64,000 nt of DNA from Lytechinus pictus (GCF_037042905.1 NC_087251.1:3970001-4034000), one strand, 5' to 3'; counted from the stretch's first letter, positions 37,201 to 51,029 are shown. Numbers and translations: made by a program. Notes: a model not told the origin generated them from the sequence alone.

Positions 37201-38793
37201 GTAGTGATCGAGGGACATCATCAACTCTCATTTGCATAATACTGAGTTGTGCATATAACTATTTTGTGAAAAATATAGGCTATGTGAAATTTGGAAATGC
37301 CATACTGATTTACTCATTTTTACATCCAATTTTGATGAATTTTTCAAAATTATGCTTGTTGGATTTTTTTTCTATTGATTCAAATCAACATTTTTTTTTC
37401 TGGGGTGGACTTGACCTTTAATTAAACATTGAACTGTGGGAGAGATGCAAAAAAAATGGCAGGGACAATGATTTACAAGCCAAGCACTGATCGATTTTCA
37501 AGTCATTATCAGAAAAAGGAGGTGAAAGAACGGGAAGGGGAAAAAATGCAATGAAAGAAAGAAATTATATAGAGAAAGAAAGAACGTAGGGGAGGGGGGT
37601 TGGGTGGGGATCGAGCTGCATGGGAACGAGTCGTTGGGAATTTGTCTAGTCTGACAAACTTTATTATTGCAATTCTTTGTTTCTAACTTGACAACCAAAC
37701 GATACACGTCCCTCATGAATAACCGGATATATATTGTCACTCGGACTGTTATGAGTGAGAGAAAAGCAAAAAAACCCAAAACAAACATGTTGCGATATCG
37801 GCCTAAATTAATTGCATCATAATTCATAGTGCATTGAAGTAATATTATTTCTTCACACACACTTTCTTGTGAAAATGCCTATTTGTTCAACTGCATGGCC
37901 TATCCCTTCCCCAATAGGCCTACCCCCCCCCCCCCCCAACCTCACCAATCGCATAAGGGTGGACAAAATAATACTGCACGAGCAAGTATTTGGCCTTCGG
38001 CTGTATAAAACGTGTAATTTTTGTTTGTCAACGAAACAAAGTACGAATCTCTTGTAATGAAAAGATCTCTGACTTCATAATTTTATAAAGTCAAAACTTA
38101 TTCCCAAAATATTTTATGAATGTGAGAAAGACCAGCGGTCGAGAATACAGCATATACGCCAGTTTTCCCATAATTTTTCTTTCCACATGTAAATTGGCGG
38201 ATCAGGGCTGGGGGCGACCAAGGTATATTTTGAAAATTGCTCATAGACATACATTTTTATTTATTTACTTTAATAATTGTATGCATTTATTCATTCATTC
38301 ATGCATGGTCATTTATCATATATTCTGTTTCATTTCCCCAGTGTAAGAGAGTCTTGCACAATAGAGCTAAATGTACGAAAATTGCCATTATAAAATATGG
38401 GCCCGTCTGTTTTGCTGTTTCCACCAATTTTTATTTCAAAATCCAAAATGATACATTTTCTTTTGTTCCACGTTCCAATAAATAAAAAATCTTACTTGAC
38501 ATCTAACACGAAACGAGTGACCATTTTTGAACTTTCTTCACAACGTAAAATTTTATAAGAATCTTTTTACTATAATTGGCGACCTTGCCTGACACAGTCC
38601 AATTCGATATTGCCATAAACTATATAAATCGCTCTTGTACCATGATTGGTATACCCTGGCCAAATGGCACTGGATGCATGATCAGTTTCAAGTTTCCAAT
38701 TTGCACCTTTCTAATGAGTCTGAGCAGAAACACAAGTAAAGAACTGTATATAGCTCCTTTATAGAGGCATATTTACAAATGATATGTTGGGTA

Positions 38794-41200
38794 CAGGGGC
38801 GGATCCAGCTTCGCTGATATGGGGGGGGGGATTTTTCAGTCACATTTTCCACAATCGGCCGCTCGAAGTTGATTTATGTATGTTTATTTGAAGGGGTAGT
38901 CCATTAGCTGTATTCCTATAAATCAACATAAATATTTAATAATCTCATAAGCCTTATATAAATAGTTCGAGCGCGAAGCGCGAGCTAATTTTGTATTTGA
39001 AATTTTAACATTCTGGGCAATGTTTGTGAGCCTGAACGAATCGTGTATATATGCAACTAAATAATTACTGCGAAGCGTGAACAGAAATTTTAAATATACG
39101 TTTAGATCTGATCGAAAAGGAACCATGCACCTGCCAAGGACGTCTTGCAGTTAGCCATGAATGCGTTGCATATTTCAACAATCAAATAGAAGTACATTTT
39201 TACCTAAAGAAGGGAAATTCTAAGCTTTTTTGTAAACGTAAACAGGATATGTATATCACTGAACTATTGATGCGAGGGCGAAGCGCGAGCGTAAAAAAAA
39301 GAGATTTAGACTAAAACGGGACACATCATTCATGTTTTGTAAATAATGAAAAGGATAAGTAATTTGGGATCTTTCTAGATTAATAACATGAATAATGCGA
39401 GCGCGGATCCAGGGCGAAGTTCCCGGGTCCCTCTAGGAGTGGGGAAAATAAAAAAAGGGAAAAGAGAGGAGAAAAAAAGGAGGAAAAGAGGAGGAAGACA
39501 AATGAAAAAAATAAGGTGAGAAGAAGACTTGGAAAATACAAAAAAAAATAAGAATCTTTCATATCACTATATGAATTTTTCGCTCTCACTTGCATGTTTG
39601 ATATCGAGATACAAATAATCCTCAATGGGCTGATATGGAGCTTAAAATATCACGTTGCTTGATTTACAAATTGATTTTTTTAATGTGCAGCCGTAGTCCG
39701 TTTATGGTCTGATCGAGTATCAATGCAGCTCGCGCTACGCGCTCGCATTATTTGTCAAGTACCCAATCTCTAGTCTTCGTATTTACAATAAATTCTCAAA
39801 ATATTCTTATTCAGGTCTGATTGTCAAAACATATCAGCTCTGATTGTCAAAACCTATCAGCTAGCGCTGCGCGCTCACATTTCGATTGGTTAGTTATTTA
39901 TCTCTATAACAAACTATTTAAAATCCCTTTTCATGACAATTTATTTAAAAAAAATCGGTTCGTGATTTGCGCTCGCATTAATTGTTAAAGATATATCAAC
40001 CAATGCCTTCTATTCATAAATAGAAAAATACTTAGAATATCCAGTTTTCAGAAATTGATATTAACAAATTTCTCGCTCTTATTGGGCTTATTAGAGTAAT
40101 AAATAAGATAATAACAATAACATTTCATGAATTGCTAATAACTATATTGTCTTTTTTTATAATTGAAAGAATTTTCATCTCGCGCTTGGGGACACTTAAT
40201 AGGTAGAAAATTTCTATTTTCATATGACAAAATGTCCTTAGAATGTTCCCGTCCTAGGTCAGAATAATTTCCGAAAAATATCCGCTCGAGCTTCGCGCTT
40301 GAATCATTCATTGAGTGCGATCCACATCCAGTCAGTTTCATTTTCAGTGTTTGAAATAGTTTTCAGATTAGAATTCTGCTCGCACTTCCCGCTCGCATTA
40401 CGTAGGAAGATGCCTAATTACCCATCTTCACGCCTTACAAAACATGAACTAGTGTCCCGTTTTTAGCTCTAAATCTTAATTTTCCCCATCGCGCTTATCG
40501 CTCGTATTGTCTAGTTATATACCTATTCAGTTCAGGATTAATGCTTAGAATGTCAATTTTCTTGTTGGAATGTCAAAAATTTTCAGCCCGCACTTCGCGC
40601 TCGCATTATTCCATTCTTGAAATAGGCCATCATAATTATATAGGCCTATGTATCGTCTTCAATACTACAATCAGAACAGGTCCCTTGTTTATCAGGCCAG
40701 AATATATATGAAAAAAAAATCTGCTCGTGCTTCGTATTTGCAGTATAGTTATTAGTTAGATGTTTTATTTTCAGGACAAAATATGACATTTACGAAAATT
40801 TTTAACTCGCGCATCACTCGCACTATATTGAATAGTACGTATAGGATTATACATTTCAGGGGTCGCGGAAGTGAGGGGGGGGGCTCCAGCCCCTGCTTTT
40901 TTCCATAACCGTGTTCAAAAAAGTAAAAATGACCATTTGATTGTGATTTTTTGCATGGTCACCCCCCCAAAAAAAAAAAAAACATTTGACTCAGCCCCCC
41001 CCCCCCCTCACTTTGAAAACCATTCTGCGGCCCCTGCATTTATGTTGTTTTATAAGAATAAAGCTGACTGTTAGGTCTACACCTTCAAAGAAAGAAAGAA
41101 ACAAAAATCAACTCAGAGCGGTCGATCGTGGAAAATAATGGGTGAAAAATTCCCCCCCCCCCATATTCGTGATATTGGCCGCGAAATTGATCTGCCTCTG
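38794..41200. mobile_element. CAG-ended element with long imperfect inverted arms and oppositely oriented GCGAAGC repeat arrays; nested MITE at 40857-41036
   Basis: TIR CAGGGGCGGATC / GATCTGCCTCTG; subterminal inverted match ~38845 vs ~41105; nested CAGGGG..CCCCTG MITE with CATTT TSD. Confidence 0.65.
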
Positions 41201-42509
41201 CTATCATGTTAGCTCGTTCCATTCTTATTTCCTGTTTCCCTTGCCTCATTTGTTCTTTCTTTTCCTTTACTTGTTATCCTCTTTTTTTTTACCTTTCCCT
41301 TTCTTCTTTTCTCCCTTTTCCCACTTCCAAATTAATTTCCCTTCCCCAATGCATGCGCTGAAATATGACGTGAAAGACATGAACACATCGTACACGCAAA
41401 ACTGTGTATGAACAGAATGCATAGAGTTGGATAAAGCGTGAGAGAATGTCAGGCCGAAGCGCCGAGCTGAGCGAGCGTGACCAATGTCCATCGCATCGCA
41501 TCGCATGCAGCATGCAGTATAATGTATCTCGCAGTTTCAAGAACCATGAACCAATCTTGTCGCACGTGGAAATTTGTAGCCAAAATTTTGACAGACTCAT
41601 CTCTAATACGTTTTCATGAACGTCAAAATAAACTACTGTAACATGTGAACTACAGGTTGGAGGGACAGCATAAGGGGTAAGTTAGTCCACATTTTTTAAA
41701 ATAATTATCTAACCCATCTAACAAAAATTCAACGGTTTCCTGTGCTCCTCGCCGAACTCGCTGGGGGAGAAACTCGACGGAGGCCATGCTAAAACTAAGG
41801 AACAATGATCGACGAGCGCGTACACGGAATTAGCAGACTACGCTCTCGCAGGGATATTTCGGTTTGCTAAAAGTGGAACGGCTAGTGATCAACTAACAGG
41901 GGGAAAAATCAGTCGTGGACGAAAGTGGGCGCTATATAAGTGCGCATAAATTCAGCGAACTGTCTTTGAAATTCAGCCGAGGAGAATGATTTTATTTCTC
42001 GGAGTTTATTTAAAATTTAATATTTCCAAGAAGAAATTCTGTCAATTTCGCATTGAATCATCATCAGCAATCGTTATTCAATAGGAAAGATCCATTCAAC
42101 TGGAATTTTTGTATCCTTTACCAACACTATCCACGAGCTTTAAGGTCTGGTGAATTACCTGGGCACTCTTGTTTCTACATCAAAATACTGGAAAGTTGTT
42201 CTTCCACCAGTCCTAGGTCAGTTTGTAGTATGGGTTGGGGCTCCACCCTGCATATGATGAAGACGGTGGTATATCATGCGCGTATTCTGGAGGGATGGGG
42301 GCTTTAGTGGCCCTGGCCCCCGGGGTAGTAGGCGAAAAGGAGGCGACAAAAAGGGGAAGAAAAAAAAAAGAAAAGGGAGAGAAAAAAGAGGGAAAGGGGG
42401 AAGATAGAGAGAAGAAAAACAATTAAGGAGAGGGAAGGGCCGGGGTGAAAAAAAGGGGGGGCCGGGGGAAGGGGAAAGAGAGAAAAAAGGGGAAAAAGAA
42501 GGAAGAGAG

Positions 42510-42985
42510 AGAGGGGCGCCAAATTGAGCTGTAATGAGGGGGCGCCAAACTGACCTTAAACTGGGGGGGGGGGCGCCAAAGTGATGTTCGATCTATCGGG
42601 GCGCCAAATTGATGTTCCACCTAGTGGGCACCGAAATGATATTCAACTGGGGGCGCCAAATTGATATTCGACTGGGGGCGTCAAACTGACATGTAACGGG
42701 GGCACCAAACAGACCTTAAACTTGGGGGCGCCAAATTGATGTTCGACCTAGGGGAACGCCAAATTGACCTTAAACTTAGGGGGCGCGCCAAACTGTCCTA
42801 GTAAGGAGGGCGTGCTAAACTGACCTTAAACATGGGGGGCGCCAAATTGACGTGCCACTTAGGGGGTGCCAAATTGACCTTAAGGAAGGGGCACCAAACT
42901 GACCTTAAACATGGGGGCGCCAAATTGATGTTCCACCTAGGGGGCGCCAAATTGATGTTCCACCTAGGGGGCGTCAAATTGGCCT
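42510..42985 (+). repeat. Minisatellite of ~17-18 units (26-30 bp) with core GGGGCGCCAAA
   Basis: Core motif recurs with variable spacers such as TTGATGTTCCACCTA or CTGACCTTAAAC. Confidence 0.85.
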
Positions 42986-43699
42986 GAAATATATATACAT
43001 ATATATAGAAGAGATCCAAAGGACTGGAAGGGCTTGCCTTCCGCCCCCCCCCCCCAAAAAAAAAGGAAAATAAAAGGATGGAAAAGAAAATTTTCCTCTA
43101 TTCTAACTGAGCCTATACATGTCATTTCCTCTCCTTTTTTGTGTATGTTTTATTTAAATAAATCAATATAATTATATTTACAAGATTGGAATGAGTCGAA
43201 ATAAGTACATAATGTACAAGGTAATTTCCTCTTTATCTTCCCACATTTCCTCCTTTTCTTTTACTCATCTGTCACCCCCCTCTCTCTTATTTTTTCTTAA
43301 TGTTTTCCAAATATATACCATTTTTTTTCTTCTATTCTTTGTCTTCTTGTTCTCTTCCGTGTTCCACTTTTTATTTTCCTAGATCTGTTATCCATCTTTA
43401 TCCTGTTCGTTCCCCTTTTCCTTACCCCTCCTCTTTCCCTCCCTCTCTCTTCCTCATGAGGGGCAGGCGAAGGGAATACCCTTCCAGTTTCACTGGATCC
43501 GTTTCTTTATCTTCAAATTCTCTCTCCCATTTACCCTTTTCTTTATGTCTTATATCTTCCTTTTTTGTTTGTCTTTTTTCGGGGGGGAGGGGGTAATGGC
43601 TCCTCTGGACCCCGGATCCGTTTGTCTTCTTTCTTTCTCTCTCTTTTTTTTGGGGGGGATTCCCCGGATACGTTTCTCTCTCTTTAACTCTTTTTTTTT

Positions 43700-44600
43700 T
43701 AAACACAGTTTTATTGTCCATTTCATAACTGGGTCAAGAGTAACTCCAAAATATTTGAATCTATCTACGTTTTGCAATTTTAGATTTTTACATGATATAT
43801 CAATTTTACATTTTTTTTATTTACTGAGCCAAATATCATAACTTTGGTTTTGTCGACGTTAATATACATTTCGTTTTTGTCCATCCATTCAATAATCATA
43901 TCAAACTGTGATTGTAAATAATGTTTCAAATTCTTTTCAGTTTTTGTTTTACAAAATATTACCGTATCATCAGCATATAAAGAGAATTTTGAAGATGGTA
44001 TAAAATCCATATTGGCAATATCATTTATGAAAATACTAAAAATCAAATGGCCAAGGGTTGAACCATGATGAATTCCTGTTTTTACTATTAACGAATCATT
44101 TAAAGTACCATTTATTGAAACACGTTGTATTCTGCCTGTGATGTATGATTTAAACCAATTATATTCATTTTTTTGGCCAAAGCATGACAATTTCTTTAAC
44201 AGTTTCTCATGAGGTATAACATCGAATGCTTTACGGAGGTCTAAAAACACACCGCCTGTTATAAACCCACTGTTCATATTTTGTAATATATATTCTGAAA
44301 TATCAAGATGGCAAGAGTTGGTCGAGTGGAAATAAAGGCCGAAAACCAGATTGGTTGTCAGTCAATAGAGGATGCTCATTTAAATACTCATATAACTGTT
44401 GGTGAATTCGTTTTTATAATATTTTACTTGGTATTGACAAAATAGATATGGGTCTATAATTCATCGGTTGTGTCTTATCGCCACTTTTATATATGGGTAT
44501 TATTTTGGATACTTTAAAATCATTGGGTACACTTCCTGTTTTAAGTGAACAGTTATATATATATATATATATGTTAATGGTTTAAAGTATACATCCGAAG
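43700..44600 (-). pseudogene. Decayed CR1/L2-group LINE RT fragment
   Basis: NYRPISIL, LDLRKAFD, YADD and KYFGVTLD motifs split over several frames by frameshifts. Confidence 0.85.
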
Positions 44601-45660
44601 AATCAAAAGTATTTTATAATGACTTTATGTGGTCATCATTGTAAAGGGGAAGTATTACTAATCAGATATATAACTTCACTTTTCAAAATAGTGACCAGAG
44701 TTTGCAGAAATCAGCTCTCAAAAATGATTTATTTTCATGCCATATTTCTGCCTTCCACCGGTCCTCTTGCGAGCTCCAGCTGAGTGACGTCACACAATGA
44801 TCAGTGAGCAGCTGAGCTGACAGCAGCCCATTGGAGACGATCTTTCCAATCAGCGTTTTTTGCTCTTAGAATTGTTTATTGCTCTTAATATTGGTCTTGT
44901 TATATAGATAAAAGTTTGAATTTACTGAACAGTGAAAAAAGTGCACATTTAACGTGTTTTGGTAACCGATATTTAGCTTAGAATTTTTTTTCAAGAAATA
45001 TATGTGAATAACAAAGCATATTTTCACGTAGAAATCACACTTGCGTCACATTAATATTATAATCAATATAAAGCATAGACATTCTTCTTTATGACTGAAC
45101 AAAAATTATGAAATTTCATTAAGTAGCAAAGTCAGGAACCACAAAAAAAAACACGGCAATATCCATGCTTTCAGTCTTATAACAAAAATGATGAACCATC
45201 ACACAACAGCACACAACATTCACAGTGCTTCACAATAAATATTTCACTTCTGTTCATACATGCAATAAATATTGTGGAAAACAAATAAAAGGCGTACCCA
45301 TATTCAAATACCGTTTAAAAGGACAAATATATTATACCTTTCGAGAAAAATCAGCACGTTAAATATCTGATAACAAAACATAATTATGGGGCACTGCAAG
45401 AAACTTATGTTCAATTGCAAATCAAGCGTAAGTCTTAAATTCAAATTCAAGCGTAATAAGGTCGAGTTGCAATCGCAATTCAACTACATGTTTAATCAAA
45501 GGACTTACCCTTGATTTGGGACGTGTGATTGAGTATAACATTTCTCGCAAAATGCCCTAGTAACATTAAAATTGTTCTTTCGTTTTAAATTGTGTGTTAT
45601 TATTTTTGACAAGCTGTATTCCTGTCCAAGTCAAATTTCTTAGTTCTCTCCAAAACTATG

Positions 45661-47160
45661 CTCAAAATTGTTTCCAAGATTGATAAAGAAAATTTTCTTT
45701 TGTATCATTATCAGTCCACAACTTGCAAACCGTAGGTCCTGGAAAGAGTGAAGAAAAAAATGGCTATATCCAAATCATAGTAAAAGGACATGATGGAATC
45801 TCCCAGATTGAGGTAGCAAGCAGAGACCAGAAGTCACCAGAGTCAGCAATTGTGCAGATCTGTGTGTAGAAGAGAGAAAAAAAGAAATAGTTTAAATAAT
45901 CAAATCAAAGTATGAATTTAATTATCGTGATGATTGATGACGTGCGGTGGCATGTAATTCCCGGTCAACAACAAATGATAGGTTAAGACACCTGAAAAGT
46001 TCCACTCAGATCGAACACTGGTGCTCTACCTCAAGTGATGTTTGTGTAGGCCCCACTCCACTTCACTACCGCTACACTACCGTACATGTACGCCACACCT
46101 ACCCGGGTAGGTGTGTAGCGTAGTGTAGGCTGTAGCAGTAGTGAAGTGGAGACTACACGAACATCACTTGAGGTACAGTGCTCTCTGAGTCTCTGTGTCA
46201 TTACAAAGATTGCATTTATCTTCATTGTTGAAGGCATTACGCATGCATATATGCAGCAACACTCTAATCAGAAAGAAACACCAGACTCTAATTTTGGCCC
46301 ACCCAAGGGTTCATTACATGCCGCCGCGCAAAGAAAATTCAAGCCATAGAAGTCGTGTGTTGTGGACCCAAGAAGTGAGATCCCAGCACGCGCGACCCAC
46401 TAGTTAGAAATCCACTGCCAAACGCGGTTCGTGGTGCGAGGTTAGTATACTAATACTAACCTTGCAATACGTTTGAGTGATTTTGGCCAGGAATCAGGGT
46501 AATCACTGCTGAAAATTTGTCTGGCTTCATGACATCGGCATCATGGTGATATATTTCTGTGTATAATAAAAACTTAAACATTCCTCTGAAACAGCAGATT
46601 TTCAGCCATGGTCCATACCAGTGCTCCTAAATAATTTAATCGCCTGCCTGAGTCCTGACCAGTTTTAGAAATCTGAAGAAAAAATCTGCTGGAATTGTGC
46701 AAAAACATTATTTCTAAAATAAAGACTTTTTAATTTTAATAGTATACGCCAAAATGCATGATTCTAAACTTATATCAGATCTGTATCTGTCATCTGACCT
46801 GAATGCATCGTCAGAACAAGTACAGTTTCCAAACATGCTTACCTTGACTTTTGACTGGATCAAACAGCGTAACCTGCAACATGCATCGGGAGCAAGTGAA
46901 TGGGACCGTGCAGCTTGGAGTTTTTCAATAGTTAGTAGAGCAACACAACGAAGACTGTCGAGTGGACAAAATCGATCTTTCCAGTTCACAATTCAATAAA
47001 AACCGGGCAAAATAACACAGTTCTGGTTCCCTTATAGTCTGAAGTTGTCGAAAACAGAATTCGGATATCACAATACATGAAGAAAACGGTAAATTCGAAG
47101 AAAAATAGAGACCAAGAAGGTGAATCAGCTATCAGTGTACTGCTGGCTTGCACAGAGCTA
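45661..47160 (-). other. Candidate spliced transcript (lncRNA or small ORF): exons ~47160-46843, 46556-46461, 45859 or 45738 onward
   Basis: Strong donors AAG|gtaagc and AAG|gttagt, pyrimidine-tract acceptors ending in cag, TGACGTCA at 47190-47197 upstream. Confidence 0.4.
46029..46173. mobile_element. 145-bp near-palindromic MITE with TA TSD
   Basis: CCTCAAGTGATGTT..AACATCACTTGAGG arms, central ACACCTACCCGGGTAGGTGT palindrome, TA on both sides. Confidence 0.8.
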
Positions 47161-50100
47161 GAGAGCGGCTGAGTGAGTCGATCATCATGTGACGTCATTA
47201 TTCTCGACTGTATTTGATCGCGTTAGTGTGTGTTTTGGGGCGGCTGGGGGGCTGAGAAGGGTCTCTAATAATTTTATTTCTTGCATTTCCACGACATCAA
47301 TAAGACTTTTTAGTGACATATTTGTGTATAAAAAGACAAGACCTTTCCATTCATATATAATTTGTCTATAATCATCACTTTCGTGAATTTTCTTTGGATG
47401 TATACTTTAAGTAAAAGAAATAAACAAAAAGTCAGTGTCGATAGACCAAATAGTAAATCTAATGTTCCCATAGTTATGTATTGCTTAATATGGTTGTGTA
47501 TATTTGTAAGTGACATACATCAATGTTTATGTTATACCTGTAGGTCTTCTGCAAGGACTTCCCTTCATGTACTTAGGCTGAAGATGTTGAAAACAAATGC
47601 AGAATTAGTGTTCTGACCGGTGAGTGCATGGTCTAGGGAGAGTTGTTTAACTTATATCATATAGATGTATATTATGGTTTTCTGAATACAAAAATATTGT
47701 CGATACGATTTTATATCTAATAATGAAAGAGATATACTTCTTGATTTACTTTGTCTTTAATAGTCACTGAAGAAAATGTAGTTTATTGCCTTGATTGATA
47801 ATGTAAATCTGTATTTGTATGCTTAGAACTGTACTACTTTTCATACCGCTATTATGTAATGTGTGGTAATTATATTAATCATGTGCTTGTTTATATTTTG
47901 TTATCATACAGAGGCTGTTTTTCTTTGGTCAATAAAAGAACTCAAGAAACCTCAGCCCTCGTGACTGTGTTGTGTGGTCGTCGGCGCGAACCCTTTCACA
48001 AAATTTTCCCTGCCCTGAGATGGGGCCCAGACACTCCACCGCTCGGTCGCTCTGCTCCCTGGCAATGTTCTCTTTCAACGATAATATCTTCTTTTCAGGA
48101 GTACATCACACACCACATAATTACAACACAAAATATGCACAGAAAGCATGTTTCTCTGACAACAAAATTTTCCTCTGCTCCGGGAGGGGGACCTCTCCTC
48201 CCAGACCCTCACCCGCCCGGTCCCTTCGCTCCCTCACATTTTTCTTCCAACAATTCCCGCTTTTCAGAGTACGTCATAATTCATATCAATATAATCACAG
48301 CACAAACATGGTTCAAACAGGTTTATTTTTTGAGACGCCAAAATTATTTTTCCCTGCCCCTGCATAATGGGGACACCGTCTCCCACACACTCCTCCGCTT
48401 GGTAGCTTTGCTCCCTCGCAATTTTCTCTTTTAACAATAACTTCTAGAGTAGTACATCACACACCACATAATCACATCACAAATATGCACCAGAAAGCTT
48501 GTTTTTGAGATGCACAATGCAACATTTTCTCTCCAAGGTTCACTCAAGTGGAAGTTCGAACCCCCGCCCCCAATAGATAGGTAATTTCATTCATTGTAGA
48601 CTTAATTTGCCAATGTATTAATTGCCTTTGATTCCTAAATCATAACATATTTCGTGTGTGTGTGGGGGGGGGGGGGTGAGGGCGGGGACTCATATCGAAA
48701 ACTTGTATACAGTGTACCGGACATGTAAAAACACAGCAGACGACGTTTGCAGACCTCACGATCATCGTATGACTAGTGGTGCGGAATGTTCCATTGCGGC
48801 TTTATGGGGGAAATAGCATTACAGAGGGATAAAATGTATACACAGATAATGTTTCAGCGTTGATTCGCAATATTTTGTGTCAATTTTATGAATTATCGTT
48901 GTTTGGACATTTAAAACATCATTATAAAGTGAAAGGAATAAGCAAAACTTATTTTTCAGACTTACCTATGCAGTGGTAAGCTAGGATGCACCCCTCGTAT
49001 ACATAATGGACCGGCCGTCACAATATTCAGAGACATATCCAACTTTCAGAGAATGAAATTGATTTTTGTTGGCAAAAATAATGGTTAAAAAATCTGGTAT
49101 GTTTATATCTATAGTTCGGACTGACAATGTATATATGTTTATATATTCCTAATAAAATGTTCAGCACTACAATGGAAAGAGCTGGAAAACCGCTGTGACT
49201 CGAACAACACACCGACGTACACAAAAGCTCTGTCCACCCCTATATGTTGAATGCACGTCGAGTGTAGGTTTGCTCTTCGGACATCACTATCACAAAGAAA
49301 ATCTCCTCTGATTTGATGATAAAAGTGCTCTATTTCCTTATTAACCAATCCCCATGGTTCTTTCATATGTATTTGCCTTACAATGTGCCCTTTATTATAA
49401 TCTTAACGGAAATTCTTCATATACCATCACCCACCGATGTGACGAGGGATATAATCCACCCGGGTACTATAAAAATGTCCCCAAACCCATTATCCCAATA
49501 CATATTCCTGACTTTGGATAGTTTTTAGTGATTTCAATGTAATAAAGTGTCATATTCCCCATCAATTGAATGTAAATAGAATTATGGTCATCTGATAGAA
49601 GAAGTTGTTAACATTCATTTTATCTGAATTCTATCTGAATCAATGCTTGTCTTTGATACACATTTTGTTTGTGAAAAAAGGGTATGATGCAAGGGAGTTC
49701 TGCGTGTTATAAGGGTGCGCGCGTGCAGCGAGGACCTTCTGTCCGCTAGTTTTCCATATGTATGATGTGTGTGCGCGGTGCGCCCCCCAAAAAAATATAT
49801 ATATACTTTTGGTGCCCCCTACATAATTAGAAGGCCCCCCAGTGCCCCTTGCTGAAAAAATCTTAGCTACGCCACGGGGGGATTGGATGAAAGGTAGCCC
49901 TAAAATAAGTTCCCCGGTCAACGTGACACACCAACAACACCCAAACGGTACGTCGCGTATTCCGAATGTAATCATTGTAATGAAGCATTGGTTTTTTTTT
50001 ATTTTAAGGAGTTATTTACAAAATTATATTGGTTTACTTAGTTGAGTTAATTTCTCACTAACGAACCAAATGTAATTTTCACTGAGATAAACAAATCCCT

Positions 50101-51029
50101 TTCCATTTTCAGAATAGGCCTAATGACAAATATTTCATTTTGGCATTGGCAAATCTTTCGAAGAATGTCGGAGTAAGAAACATAATCACAGATGGATTAA
50201 AGAATCCCAAAGGCAATAGACCTACAATAATAAGCTTCTGCTTGTTTGTGAAGAATGAAGACTATGCATGGGCGTAAATCCCGGGGGATGAGGGAATATA
50301 TCCTCCACTTTTCGGAGAGGGGGTGGCATGCAGGGCCGTAGCCAGAGTTTGATGTTGGGGGGGGGGCACAGGGGGGGCGGAGCGTAATTTCGTTGGGGGG
50401 GGGCAAAACCAAAAAAGGTCACTTATTATGTCTGAATGGGGCATTTGGGCAAACATATATTTTCACCATCAGATTATGTTCTATCTAAAGTAGTTGTGTA
50501 TTCGGTAATGTAAAATGAGCAAAACCATTTTGAAGGGATTTCTGATTTTTAAAATATAAAATATATAATATTTAGGATATAGCGAGCGAGCGATTTGGAA
50601 AAATTTGGGAATTTTGGGTTTTAAAACTCGCTTTGTGGTTTATTCTGACGCTGATTACTAATTAAAAGGACATACTTCCCCTTGAAGTGATTTTGTTTGT
50701 TGAATAGAAAGTGACCGTCGGAAAATACCATCACGAAAGACACTTTTTTGTCACTTGAAGAGAACATAATCTATACAGAATATTTTAATATAGAACTGAT
50801 CGACCTTAACAGGGACATATTTGTTTGCAGTGATTATGATACATATCTCACCAATCAAATAATGCGAGCCAATTTGTGATATTCCGACCTTGAAACTGTA
50901 CATTCTAAGTACTTTTAATAACCATGAACAAGAAACAAAAACTTTTAATAACCATGAAAAAAGAAATGCGAGCGCGAAGCGCGAGCCGAGAGCTTTTGAT
51001 TTTCCAACCTGAAAACTGGATAATCTAAG

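Noticed and set aside
42510..42985. CRISPR-like repeat-spacer appearance
   Set aside because: The core is only ~11 bp, spacers are related to one another, there are no cas genes, and the context is eukaryotic. It is a minisatellite.
44645..47756. Complete Kolobok-like element boundaries
   Set aside because: The left end (GTAA|AGGGGAAGTA) looks typical, but the best right end matches only about 7 of 10 bases. Not listed as a feature.
47859..48434. 191-aa ORF
   Set aside because: Lies over a degenerate ~190-bp tandem repeat (CGCTCGGTCGCT..GCTCCCTCGC motif) with no protein motif.
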